NCBI RefSeq assembly: GCF_963921235.1
Contig: NC_086097.1
Coordinates: forward strand, 189,288,001-189,352,000
Direction: 5' to 3'
Length of the DNA stretch: 64,000 bases
Origin: Mobula hypostoma
Lineage: Eukaryota
Positions 11,985-25,185 of this stretch are shown here, in pieces (the stretch's first letter is position 1; every line of letters begins with the position of its first letter). The position numbers and the translations under genes are program-made. The notes under the pieces were generated by a model. That model saw nothing but the letters and a program-made list of their open reading frames with translations, was not told the DNA's origin and searched no databases.

Positions 11985-12731
11985 GAGAGGTAGTGGAAAG
12001 TGTGGAAAACCTAAAGTTCCTTGGAGTTATGTTGTCAAAACAGCTGACATGGACCACCAACACCTCGCTGCTTGTAAAAAAAGGCACAGCAAAGACTCCT
12101 GTTCCTCAGAAAGCTGAAACAGGCCAAACTCCCACAAAAGCTGCTGCTTAACTTCTACAGAAGCACAACTGAAACCATCCTGACCAGCAGCGCCACAGTG
12201 TGGTATGCCAGCTGCACAGCCGCTGAGCGACAAGACCTGCATCGCGTGGTGAAGGCGGCCCAGCGAATTGTCAGGATGGAGCTCCCAGGACTGGACACCA
12301 TCTATCCCAGCAGAGTCAGGAGGAAAGCAATCAGCATAACCAGAGACACCACACACCCCAGCCACTCCCTGTTTGACCCGCTGCCGTCCTGCAAAAGGTT
12401 CAGGACACTAAAAGCCAGAACAAATAGACTGAGGAACAGCTCCTATCCCAGAGCTGTGGCCTCCATCACACCACTTCCACAGAGCAATAACTGAAACTGT
12501 GAGCACACACATGCAGACACAAGGACTCAAATACTTGCACTAAGGACACTTTGTGCATCACTGTGATATTCTGGTGCTGCTGCAACTTATTTTCTGCTAT
12601 TTATCTATTTAATACTGTTTTGCTATTACTGTCTTGTTTTTATCTACCGCTTTATTTAATTGCCTGAGAGGAAGCCAAACAGAGTTTCATTGTACCTATG
12701 TATAATGACAATAAAGATCATTCAATTCAAT
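11985..12731 (+). mobile_element. Rex1-like LINE 3' fragment
   Basis: KKAQQRL.FLRKLK; WYASCTAAER; HPSHSLFDPLPS; tail aataaagatcattcaattcaa. Confidence 0.8.
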
Positions 12732-13324
12732 ATATAATTACACTGTTCTTGTATTAGAAAATGAACTTTTCAAATTAATGTCATCATTGACAATCTAAAA
12801 GACAAACAAATGTTAATTACACATACTTGTGTATTGAATCCTGCAACACATAATGGAGGAAAATTTATCACAATTGTGCTCACTTATAAATATTGTTTAA
12901 TAAACCAAATAAAAGAGGAATCACCCATTAATCTGAATAAATAAGCAGTATACACGTTTCCAAAGTTACCAATTATACATGTTTTTAAACCAGTTTGCAC
13001 TGCCAAGCTGGAGGAAATGGAGAAAATATATATTTGTTACATCCTAGGATTTTCTGATACAATGATACTTCTGAGTTACATTTCACAATAACAGATTAAA
13101 TTCACAGAACAGTATGGTTGATGTTTATATGCTCAGGTGGAACATGTTAATGTCTGAATCAACATCCTAGATTGGTAGATTCTACTCCAAGGGACAGTCA
13201 GATGTGACTAAAAGTTAACACCTTAATCAGGTTTTTAATAATAAAAGAATAGCTAAAGGTGATGGCAGCCAGTCAGCAAATGCCACAAGGATTAAAGGCA
13301 GAATTACTAGGTGAGATGTTCTGT

Positions 13325-14133
13325 CTCAAGTGGCAGATTGAGTTCAACCCAAATAAGCGTGAAGTGGTTCATTTTGGTAGGTCAAATTGGAAGACAGAAT
13401 ATAATATTAATGGTAAGTCTCTTGGCAGAGTGGAGGATCAGAGAGATCTTGGGATCCATGTCCATATGACACTCAAACCTGCTGCACAGGTTGACAGTGC
13501 TGTTAAGAAGGTGTATGGTATATTGGCCTTCATCAACCATGGGGTTGAGTTCAAGAGCCATGAGGTAATGTTACAGCTATACAAGACCTTACTTAGATCC
13601 CACTTGGGAGTACTGTATTCAGTTCTGGTCACCTCACTACAGGAAGGGTGTGAATACTACACAAAAATTGCAGAGGGGGATTTACAAGGATGCTGCCTAG
13701 ATTGGAGAGTGTGCCTTATAAGAACAGGTTGAGTGAACTTGGCCTTTTCTCTTTGGAGCAATGGAGGATGAGAAGTGACCTGATAGAGGTGTGTAAGATG
13801 ATGAGAGGCATTGATCATGTGGGTAGTTAGAGCCTTTTCCCCACGGCAGAAATGCTAACACGAGGGGGGCATAGTTTTAAGGTGCTTGGAAGTAGGTACA
13901 AGGGGCCTGTCAGGGGTAAGTTTTTCACCAGAGTGGTGGGTGCATGGAACGCACCAGCAGCGACGGTGGTGTAGGCGGATAAAATAGGGTCTTTTAAGAG
14001 ATTCTTAGATAGGTACATGGAGCTTAGAAAAAAATAGAGGGCTATGCGGTAGGGTAATTCTAGGTAGGTTATATGGTCGGCACAACATTGTAAGCTGAAG
14101 TGCCTGTAATGTGCTGTAGATTTCTATGTTCTA
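13325..14133 (+). mobile_element. CR1 LINE 3' fragment
   Basis: KWQIEFN..K.EVVHFGR and QRDLG motifs, with a ttctatgttctat tail. Confidence 0.85.
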
Positions 14134-14230
14134 TTACTGTTGAAAATAATGCACACGTTACTCTGTTTAAGAAAGATAATCCACTGAAGTACTCAATCTA
14201 AATCAAGTGATTTATGTTGAGATAAAAAAA

Positions 14231-15007
14231 AGCATCCTTCCATTTAAGCAAGAGCGCCCTCCCAGCTATAAGAGAGATAAAAGCCAAAATATGCAAATCA
14301 GGTGTCTCCAAAATAAAGTCTTTTCCTCCAGCAATACCAAATAATGCGGTCAAAGGGTCAGGCTTAAAATTTACCTTGAAAAGTACCGAGAAAGTTTGGA
14401 ATACTTCCTTCCAATATCTTTCAAGGCTCGGACATGTCAAAAACATGTGAATTAATGAAGCTTCTCCATTATTACATCTATCACAGAAAGGAGATAGCTT
14501 ATCTTTAGACATGTGAGCCCTATGAACCACTGTAAACTGTTAGAGGGACGATGCTGTTCCACCTACTCACGCTCAATGGTTACGTGATGTTATGTCATGC
14601 TTAAATTTACAGAAGATCCATTGTTCAGTTTTTGAATCAAGCCAAGACTTTTATACATTGTGGGGACCATTTTTGAGTTATTTTCAAAATCTTTGATTTG
14701 TTGTAAAAGTACAGATGGTGGCTAATAATATATTTTATTATATGATAAGGGTTTTTTTTCCTTTTTTCTTGCTTATCCTAACAGCTCTGACTTTCGTAGT
14801 GGGTTTAGATTTTTTTTGGTATAACAAAATTATTATATTTCAATATTACAATTTAGTTTAATTTTTATGAATACAGGGTTTTGTGTTTGTAATTGTATTT
14901 TTAATACAATGTATTTGGTACTATTTTATTTTTTCTTTTGACTTATATAATATATATCTTCTTGTACTCTGTATTCTTCTATGCAGAAACTAATAGAAAT
15001 ATTGAAA
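14231..15007. mobile_element. L1/Tx1-clade 3' fragment with an inverted 5' part
   Basis: Minus segment 14231-14548 encodes the Cys-rich ORF2 end up to 'KWKDA'. The plus segment from 14550 continues 'DAVPPTHAQWLRDVMSCLNL' to an A-rich tail. Putative TSD gagataaaaaaa at 14219 and 15008. Confidence 0.75.
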
Positions 15008-15029
15008 GAGATAAAAAAAAAAATCCTTT

Positions 15030-16050
15030 TCTAGTTGGCTGCCAGTGACTGATGTTCTGCAGGGGTTGGTGTTGGGACCGCTTCTTTTTATGCTGTGCAT
15101 CAATAACTTAGATGATAGAATAGATGACTTTGTTGTCAAATTCACAGATGATGTGAAGATTGGTGGAGGGGCAGGTAATGTTGAGGAAACAGGAAGGCTG
15201 TGGAAGGATTTAGACAGATTAGGAGAATGGCAAGAAAATGGCAAATGAAATACAATGTTGGAAAATGTATGGCCATGCACCTTGGTAGAAGAAATAAATG
15301 TGCAGGCTATTTTCTAAAAGAGGAGAAAATCCAAACATCTGAGACGCAAAGGGACTTGAGAGTCCTTGTGCAGAACACCCTAAAGATTAACTTGCAGGTT
15401 GAGTCGGCGGTGAGGAAGGCAACTGCAATGTTAACATTCATTTCAAGAAGGTCTAGAATATAAAAGCAGGGATGTGATGCTGAGGCTTTATAAGGCACTG
15501 GTGAGTCCTTACCTCGAGTATTGTGCACAGTTTTGAGCTCCTTATCCAAGAAAAGATGTGCTGGCATTGGAAAGGGTTCAGAGGAGATTCACAAGGTTGA
15601 TTTCGGGAATGAAGGGATTATCATATGAGGAATGTTTGATGGCTCTGGGTCTGTGCTTATTGTAACTTAGAAGGATGATGGGGGATCTCACTGAAACCTT
15701 TCAAATGTTAAAGCACTAGACAGAATAGATGTGGAAAGGATGTTTCCCATGGTGAAGGAGTCTAGAATAGGGGGGCATCCATTTGAAACAGAGATGTGGA
15801 GGAATTTTTTGTCAGAGGGTGGTGAATTTGTGGAATTTGCCACCACAGGCAGCTGTGGAGGCCGGGTTGTCAGGGGTATTTAAGGTGGAGATTGATAAGT
15901 TCTTGACTGGCCACTGCATCAAAGGTTATCGGGAGAAGGCTCGGTAGCGAGGCTGAGGAGGGGGGGATAAAAAGTATCAGCCATGATTGAATGGTGGAGC
16001 AGACTTGATGGGCCAAATAGCCTAACTTCTTCCCCAGGTCTTTCAGTCTT
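15030..16050 (+). mobile_element. CR1 LINE fragment
   Basis: QGLVLGPLLF..INNLD and VKFTDD motifs, with a CR1 3' UTR. Confidence 0.85.
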
Positions 16051-16249
16051 AAAATATATCACTTGAATCAAAAGCACTTAATTATGGCCTGTACTCAAAG
16101 CAAACACCTCGTTCTGAAATAAATAAACTAACTGAAGTGTATCAATTCTTATTTCATCTAGTTTTAACATGTCATTGTTATTCCATCCACAGGGACTGAA
16201 GAAGCACATCTCCGAAAGACAATACAAATTCAGGTTATCAAAATACACA

Positions 16250-17720
16250 AAAGAGGAGCCTTTTGACCTTTTGAGTCTGCTGTGCCATTCAACATACTGA
16301 CAGCTGATCACTAAAATTCAATACCCTGTCCCATATTACACCAGATATTTCATTAATCTTGGCTAGGTCATTGAAATATATCGGACTCCTTCATGATTTC
16401 ATTTAATGATTTGGTTTTAATTGCTTTCTATGGTAGAGAATTCCATAGGTTCATCACTTCTAATCTTTTCCTTCGTGTGGACTCCCTGACTATTAGAAAC
16501 CTTTCTGTATCTAAATTGCTCTGTCTTGTAAGACTTCTGCACTTTTTTTAATGAGATTCCCTCTTAATCTGCCAAACTTGAATGAATACAAGCCTAACTG
16601 ACCCGAACATTTTTCATACACTGGTCCTGGCATCTCAATAATCACTTTGATGAACCTTTGTTTAACTCCCTCCATCATTTCAGCATCTCTCCTCTGATAG
16701 GGAAACCAAAACTGCACACCGTACTCAAGACATCAGCAATGGCAATATGACTTTTCTTCTCCTATATGTGAATCTGCTCCTTAAGATGACCTGCATATTA
16801 ACTTTCTTCTTATCCCACTGGTGCATCTGCATGCTTACCTTAGGTGACTGGTACACAGAACACGCAAGTCCTACTGCAACTCAACTTTCACTATCCATCA
16901 CCATTCAGATAACAAGCTCCTTCCCTATTATAAATCCCCCCAGTGGATAAGGTGTTGATACGGATAGAGAACTGTCTGAGTGACAAGAAACAAAGAGCAT
17001 GAATTTATTTCTACTCTTTGTTTCTTGTCAGTCAGCCAGTTCTCTATCCATATCAACATCTTACCCAAATCCCACAAGCTTGAGTTTTGCATGTGAATAC
17101 TGTATCTTATGTGGGACCTTTATCGCAGACTTTCATAAAATCCAAATACATTATTTCCATTGGTTGTTTATCCTGCTAGCTGCATCAAAATATCTAGTAG
17201 GTTTGGCAAGCCTGATTTCCTTTTGTCTGAGCCTGTCACTCTTATCCAAACACACTACTATTACATTTTTTTATAATGCACTCTGGCATACTCTCCACTA
17301 TTGATGTGAGGCGAACCAGTCTATAATTTCTCTCGTTTCTGTGGTTACATTCGCTATCCCCAACCAGATGGAATTGTGCTAGAATCTAAAGAATGTCAGA
17401 AACTGACCCATCATCACATCCTCTTTTTCTGCAGCTCATTCTTAAGTACTCTGGAACGCAGGCTCCGAGGATTAATCAGTTATTAATTTATGCAGTTACC
17501 TGCATGCTATTTCCTCACTAATACTGATTTCATTAAGTTTCTCCCCCTCACTACATACTGTGTTCTACTATATTTCTGGGATGTTATCTGCAGTATACCC
17601 TGTGAAATCAGAACCAAAATATGGATTTGATTCTTCTTTATTCCCCTCTATAAATTCCCATTTCTGACTGCAAGGTACTTATATATCTTTATTCATTTTA
17701 TTTCTCTTCACATATCTTTT
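16250..17720 (-). mobile_element. Highly degenerate CR1 LINE
   Basis: QFW.PY...LGLYS..RLRGNLI remnants. Confidence 0.6.
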
Positions 17721-18499
17721 GAAGATTTTACAGTTATGTTCTCTGCAAGATTTTGTTTTCTCCTTTCTAATTAATTCCTCCTTCGTTGATTTCTAATATG
17801 ATCCCAACCTTCAGGTTTTGCTACTCTTCTCATCTCTTCATATTTGTTCTCCTTTGATTTAATATTTTCCCTAATATCATTTGAAATCCACCTTTCTTCG
17901 TTTATTTTTACACCAAACAGGGAACAGTGATTATTGTAATTCATTCATGCACTCTTCAAATGTTGCCACTGGCTATCCACTGTATAAGCTGTAACATTGC
18001 CCAATCTATCACAGCCAACTAGTAATCAAAAACAAAATACTACAAATGCTGGAAATCCAAAATGAAAAGAAAATAGTGGCAAACCTCAGTAATCCTAGCA
18101 GCATCATTTCCAGTGTTTACTATTTGTCCAAGTCCTTGAAATCCTTGCTAAAGCTGATAAACCACCTAATGTCCTTGCTTTGTCACTTCATCACTAAATA
18201 TAAAGCCCCATATTCCTTTTCCTTTTAAAGCCTTAACTTGTCTTATTATTCATGTATTGGTTTAATTTTATCAGTTTACATTTTCAAAACCTGCACAAAC
18301 TACAAACGATGCCCTCTGAATCCAAATCTAAACTATAGGGGTAACTCAATGGCATAATTAGTAAAGCTACTTACTCACTGGCTCAGAGATCCAGGTTCAA
18401 CCTTAGTTTTGGGCATTGATCGTGTGGAGATTAAATGCTTCTCCTGTGTCCATGGAGAGCTTCTGTTTCCTCCTATAGTCGTGCAAGCTAATAGGTTTA

Positions 18500-19790
18500 G
18501 AAAATAAGTCTATGCATTTATTCCTTCCATTGGAAGTGCACGCCATACATTTCCCTGCACTATGTTCCATGTGCCACTTCGTTGCCCATTCTCCTAATCT
18601 GTCCAAGTGCTTCTGTGGACTTCCTGATCCCTCAGCACTACCTGCCCCTCTACCTACCTTTGTATCATCTACAAACTTGACCACAAAGCTATCCATTCCA
18701 ATGTACATATAACATGAAAAACCGCAGCCCCAATACTGACCCCTGCTAAACACTACTAGTCACTGGCTGTTTTATCATATGCCTCCAAATACCCTGAAAC
18801 CTCAATCTTAATAATGGACTCCCAACATATTCCTGACCACTGAAGTCAGTCTAACTGGCCGATAATTTCCTGTTTTTTTTTTGCCTCCCTCACTTCTTAA
18901 AGAGTGACATGATATTTGCAATTTTCCCCAGAATTATTCCAGAATCTTGTGATTCTTGAAAGACCATTACTAATGCATCCACAATTTCTTTAAATACCCT
19001 CATTCAAAACTTAGGGGTGTAGTATATCTGATCCAGGAGACTTATCCACTTTCAGCTTCCCAAGGACCTTCTCCTTAGTATCCTGATCCTGATACTCAAA
19101 TTTTTGGCATGCTGTTGCTGTCTTCCACAGTGAAGACTGATGCAAAATACTTATTGAGTGATCCGCCATTCTTCTGTTCCCCAGCACTACTTCCCCAGCA
19201 TAATTTTCCAGTGGTCTGTAGTTCACTTTTACCTCTCAACTCCCTATTTATCTGAAGAAAAAAAAACTTTTGATATCCTCTTTTACATTATTGGTTAGCT
19301 TACCTTCATATTTCATCTTTTTTCTCCTTATTGCCTTTTAGGTTGCCTTGTTGGTTTTTAAGTGTCCTAATCCCCTAGTTTCCCACTAATTATTGCTATA
19401 ATGTATGTCCTCTCTTTTGCCTTTATGCTGTCTTTGACTTCCCTCCTCAGTCACAGTCGCCTTATTCTTTGGGTAAATCAATCCTGCATCTTCTGAATTA
19501 TTCCCAGAAACTTAAGCCATTGCTGCTGGATCATCATCCTTGTTAGTGTTGCCTTCTAACCAAATTTGGCCACCTCTTCTCTCATGCCTCAGTAGTTACC
19601 TTTACTCAACGGTAATATGAATACATCCAATTTTAGCTCCTCTCCCTCAAGTTACAGCGTGAATTCTATCATATTATGATCACTGTCTCCTAAGGGTTCC
19701 TTTACCTTAAGCTTATTAACTACACTCCACTCAATCCAGAACTGCCTGTTCCTTAGTGTGCTTGATCACAAGCTGCTCTAAAAAAGCCAG
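18500..19790 (-). mobile_element. CR1 LINE fragment
   Basis: VKFVDDTKVG and LKVDKSPG.D.LHP remnants. Confidence 0.75.
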
Positions 19791-19950
19791 TTGAAGGGAA
19801 CATGGGGATAATTTTAAAAATGGGTGTAATGTAGGATTAGTGCAGGTGTGTGGTTGATGATTGGAGTGTACTTGGTGGAGTCTGCTTCCATGCAATGTCT
19901 CTCTATGACATTATTTAAAATATAGAATATATTTTGTTACTTTAACCCAC

Positions 19951-20060
19951 TTCCACTGGATGCTGTTTTTTGACTTCTTCTCAATTAAGCCAATTCCTTC
20001 TAATACATTGGTGATGTCATAGATTCTTCTCTTCTGCCTTACTGCAAGTACATCAGCAGC
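19951..20060 (-). CDS. E2F5: E2F5 exon 2 ([37 protein letters not shown])
   Basis: Contains the [13 protein letters not shown]2F signature. Flanked by ttttcag and gtgggt. 110 nt. Confidence 0.97.
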
Positions 20061-21580
20061 CTGAAAATAAATATTAAAAACATAGTTATCAGAAATACTT
20101 GATGGCTTACTTTGCATCAAAATAATTTCAACAGGGAAATAATTATCAGAAAACAACATAATACACACTGAAACTTTAGAAACCCAAATATAAATCAAAG
20201 TGGAAAATAAGCACATCAAAGATACGCAAAAGGTAAGCACTGGGCTTATTATGAACTGGACTTTACTGGACTTAAAATTAAGATCCATACACACCCAAAT
20301 TCCAACATGAATTGCGAAATGACTTGGTACGAATTGTAGATTAATCAAATAATAAAAAATATTAATAAAAAATCTGGAAATAGCTAGATTAGGCAGCATC
20401 TGTAAAGTATGTATATTATTTTCAAATCAGTAACAGTAAACTGTGCAAACTATATCAAAACATCCTTCATGCTATGAGTTAATGCTTCAAGTTGTTAATA
20501 CATCACCCGTGGCAAAGATTAGTGATGCTAAAGTCTTTATGCAAGTACAGAAGCATGGAAGTGGAGTGGATGGATGAAGAAGGGGGAACAAAATGCAAGA
20601 TCTGTGATCACGTAGAAAGCCGGAGTTGTATCTCAGAACTGTCCAGAGTAAGAGAATATATTTATTAGCAACAACTATCTGGAAAAAAATGCAAACAATG
20701 GTTGTGATCTGCAAAAATGAGTGGGTGGAGTTGTGCTTAACCCAGTCCATGTCTTGTGTTCGCCTCCTACAGGATTCCATAGCACCTAATGTCCTGGAGG
20801 CGTTGCTGCTGCAGCCATTCTGCAGAACGTTTGTGAATGGCACATAGGCTTCAGGCAGGCAAACAAAAATATATCCTAGGACTGCACTGATGACCTTCTG
20901 GCAACTGATGCTAGTGAAAGACCTTTTTCATCAAATAACTCCCAGTCACAGAATCTCAAGTGTCATGCTACACCATGTTCCTGCTGGCCATGAACTAACC
21001 CTCTTGAATAATCCCTTTTTACCAGTACTTGGTCAGCTGCCTTCTATATTTTGGCATTTCAAATAATCTTCAATATACTTAAAGGTTTTGAGAGTCTCTT
21101 CCTCCACCTGCCCCTCAGGCAATGTGATCTAGATTCCTATCATCTTCTGGGTGAAAAAGTTCCTCCTCAGTATTTCTACTAAAACTCCTAATCCTTATCC
21201 TATGCCCTGTAGATGAAAAAAAAATCTGAGATTGATTCAAGAACTTGATTGGCAGTGGGGAAGCAGCTACAGTTGAACCTTTGAGTATGGATCTTCAGGT
21301 CCCTGTGCCTTCTGCCTTGATGGTAGTATTGAAAGGAAGGCATGGCCTGAATGGTGTGTGTGTTTGATGATGGATTCACCTCCCTGAGACTTTGCCTCTT
21401 GTTAGTGTGTCCGTGATAGAAACCAGCGGATTCCTGAATTATGAGTGAATGCTCTAAAGAACCATAACACATAGGAGCATAATTAGGCCATTTGGTCCAT
21501 CAAATCTCCTCTGCCATTCCATAATGGATGATTTATTATTCCTCTCAACCCCATTCTCCTACCTTCTCCCCATAACCTTT

Positions 21581-21906
21581 TTATAGGCATCCATTAGTCT
21601 CGTGAGACGACTGATTTGCACCTGGGAAGGTTTCCAGGGCGCAGGCCTGGGCAAGGTTGTATGGAAGACCAGCAGTTGCCCATGCTGCAAGTCTCTCCTC
21701 TCCACACCACCGATGTTGTCCAAAGGAAGGGCACTAGGGCCGATACAGCTTGTACGTATATACAGCTGGGCACCGGTGTTGTCGCAGAGCAATGTGTGGT
21801 TAAGCGCCTTGCTCAAGGACACAACATGCTGCCTCATCTGAGGCTCAAACTAGCGACCTTCAGATCACTAGATTGACGCCTTAACCATCTGGCCACGCGC
21901 CAACAC
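21581..21906 (-). mobile_element. tRNA-derived SINE with an RTE-like 3' tail, inserted in a CR1 3' fragment (about 21460-22145)
   Basis: Minus strand has A box TGGCCAGATGG, B box GTTTGAGCC and tail 'gtctcacgagactaatggatgcctataaaa'. TSD aaccttt at 21574-21580 and 21907-21913. Confidence 0.75.
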
Positions 21907-22905
21907 AACCTTTGATGCCCTGATTAATTAAGAACCTATTAACACCTGCCTTAAATACACCCAATGACATGGCCTGCACAGTCGTCTGTGGCAATGAATT
22001 CTACAGATTCACACCCTCTGGCTAAGGAAATTCTTCTTCATCTCCGTTCAAAATCCATGTCCCTATATTCTGAGGCTGTGCCCTTTGGACTCCGCCACTA
22101 TAGGAAACATCCACATCCACTTCCACTCTATCTAAGCCTTTCAATAGTAGAGTTTTATTAGCGTAGAATATACCAAGTCTTGCCAACCAGATGCCCAGAA
22201 GATTTGCAGCATGCTGAGGGCCAGAATGTGGCATAGAGACTGGTGATCCAGAATCCTACAAGAAGTCTAGGTATGGCCTATGGGAGGCCATCGTGAAAGT
22301 GAAAAAGGAACTTAGAAGCTAGAGACACAATCAAATGTACAGCAGGGTCTACATGCTATCATTTTCGAGAAGGCAAAATCTAATTGTATACCTCTTCGTG
22401 ATGCTTCAGTCCTTGACGAGCTCAATGTATTTTATGCATGCTTTGAAAGAGAGAACAATATTGCAAATCTGCACAACACCCGGTGACCCTGTGATCTGTT
22501 TCAGAGACCAGCGTCACAACATCCTTGAAAAAGATCAACCTTCGCAAAGCATTGGACCTTGTTGGAGTACCTGGTCAAGTACTGAGCCGTCACAAAGGCG
22601 GCACACCAGCGGCTCTACTTCACTAGGAGTTTGAGGAGATTTGGTAGGTCACCAGAGAGTAAAGAAGGGGTTCTAGCATGCAGCCCTGAGTTGCAGCTGT
22701 GTTGAAGGTCAGAGAAGAGAAGATGAGGTCTCTGATCTGCTCTCATGGTGGTTTCCGAATAAGGAAGTCAAATATCCAATTGCAGAGGACCGTACAGATA
22801 ATAGGTTCTGGATCTTGATCCCCAAGATCAGGATGATCTGAAAACACTGTTGAATTTGGAGTGGTTCAGCAATGCAGTACAAATCCAGGTAAGTCAACAC
22901 CAAAT

Positions 22906-25185
22906 ACCATAGAACCATAGAACACTACAGCACAGAAAACAGGCCATTCTGCCCTTCTCGTCTGTGCCAAAACATTATTTCGCCAGTCTCACTGACCTGC
23001 ATCCAGTCCATAACCCTCCAGACCTTTCCTATCCATGTACCTATCCAATTTATTCTTAAAACATAAGAGTCAGCCTACATTTACGTCAGATGGTAGCTCG
23101 TTCCACGCTCCCACCACTCTCTGAGTGAAGTTCCCCCTAAACCTTTCCCCTTTCCCCCTAAAGCCATGTCCTCTCATATTTATCTCTCCTAATCTAAGTG
23201 GAAAGAACCTATTCACACTTAATCTGTCTATACCCCTCAAAATCTTGTAAACCTCTATCAAATCTCCCCTCATTCTTCTACGCTCCAAGGAATAAAGTCC
23301 TAATCTGTTCAATCTTTCCCTGTAACTCAACTCCTGAAGACACAGCAACATCCTAGTATATCTTCTCTGCACTCTTCCAATCTCACTGATATCCTTCCTA
23401 TAGTTAGGTGATCAGAACTGTACACAATACTCCAAATTTGGCCTCATCAATGTCTTATACAACCTCCCCATAACATCCCAACTCCTATACTCAATACATT
23501 GATTTATGAATGCCAGGATGCCAAAAGCCTTCTTTACAACCCTGTCTACCTGTGACGCCACTTTCAGGGAATTATGTATCTGAACTCCCAGATCTCTTTG
23601 TTCCTCCACACTCAGTACCCTACCATTTACTGTGTATGTCCTACCTTGATTTGTCCTTCCAAAATGCAACACCTCACACTTGTCTGCATTAATTTCCATC
23701 TGCCACTTTCTGGCCCACCCCTCCAGTTGGTCCAGATCACTCTGCAAGCTTTGAAAGCCTTCCTCGCTGTCCACAACGCCTCCAATCTTAGTGTCATCAG
23801 CAAACTTGCTGATCCAATTTACCACATTATTATCTAGATCACTGATATAGACAACAAACAACAATGGTTCCAGCACAGATCCTCGAGGCACACCACTAGT
23901 CACAGGCCTCCAGTCTGATAAGCAATCATCCACTACCACTCTCTATCTTCTCCCACACAGCCAATTTCGAATCCAATTTACAACCTCTCCATGGATACCT
24001 AGTGTCTGAACCTTCTGAACTAACCTCCCATGTGGGACCTTGTCAAAGGCCTTACTAAAGTCCATGTAGACAACATCCACAGCCTTTCCTTCATCTACTT
24101 TCTTGGTAACCTCCTCAAAAAACTCTACAAGATTCATTAAACACGATCTACCACGCACAAAGCCATGCTGACTATCCTTAATCAGCTGTCCAAATATTTG
24201 TGTATCTGATCTCTCAGAACTCCTTCCAATAAGTTACCTACTACTGATGTCAGGCTCACCGGCCTGTAATTACCTGGTTTACTTTTGGAGCCTTTTTTAA
24301 ACAACGGAACATCATGAGCTACCCTCCGATCATCAAGCACCATACCCGTGGCTAAGGACATTTTAAATATTTCTGCCAGGGTCCCTGCAATTTCTACACT
24401 AGTCTCTCTCAAGGTCCAAGGAAATATCATGTCAGGCCTGGGGGATTTATCTACCTTTATTCGCTGTAAGGCAGCAAGCACCTCCTCCTCTTTAATCTCT
24501 ATATGTTCCATGACACTACTGCTTGTTTCCCTTCCTTCCATATACGCTATGCCAGTTTCCTGAGTAAATACTCACACAAAAATATTGTTTAAGATCTCCC
24601 CCATCTCGTGAGGCTCCACACATAGACGATCACTTTGATCTAGGGACCAATTTTGTCCCTTATAATCCTTTTACTCTTAATATACTTGTAGAACCCCTTC
24701 GGATTTACCTTCACCTATCTGCCAAAGCAACCTTGTGTCTTCTTTTTGCCTTCCTGATTTCCTTCTTTAGTATTTTCTTACATTTTCTATACTCTCCAAG
24801 TATCTCATTTGTTCCTGTTGCCTATACCTGCTATACACCTCTCTCTTTTTCTTAACCAGACCGCCAATATCCCTTGAAAACCAAGGTTCCCTATGTCTGT
24901 TAACTTTGCATTTAATCCTGGCAGGAACATGCAAACTCTGCACTCTCAAAATTTTGCCTTTGAATGCCTTCCACATACTGAACACATCTTTGCCAGAAAA
25001 CAACTTATCCCAATCCACTCTTCCTAGATCCTTTCTCATTTCCTCAAAATTGGCCCTTCTCCAATTTAGAACCTTAACTCAAGGACCAGACCTTGATTAC
25101 CTTGAAACTAATGACATTATGGTCACTAGACCCAAAATGTTCGCCTACACACTTCTGTCACCTGGCCTGTCTGGTTCCCTAATAG
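22906..25185 (-). mobile_element. Young CR1 LINE (5'-truncated ORF2 with RT) in E2F5 intron 1
   Basis: Consecutive ORFs with DKSP.PD, NYRPVSL, YMDFSKAFDKVPH and SKFADD, with a (ttctatgg)n tail. Confidence 0.95.

Noticed and set aside
21830..21906. tRNA gene
   Set aside because: The A and B boxes belong to a SINE head that continues into a SINE body and tail bounded by a TSD.
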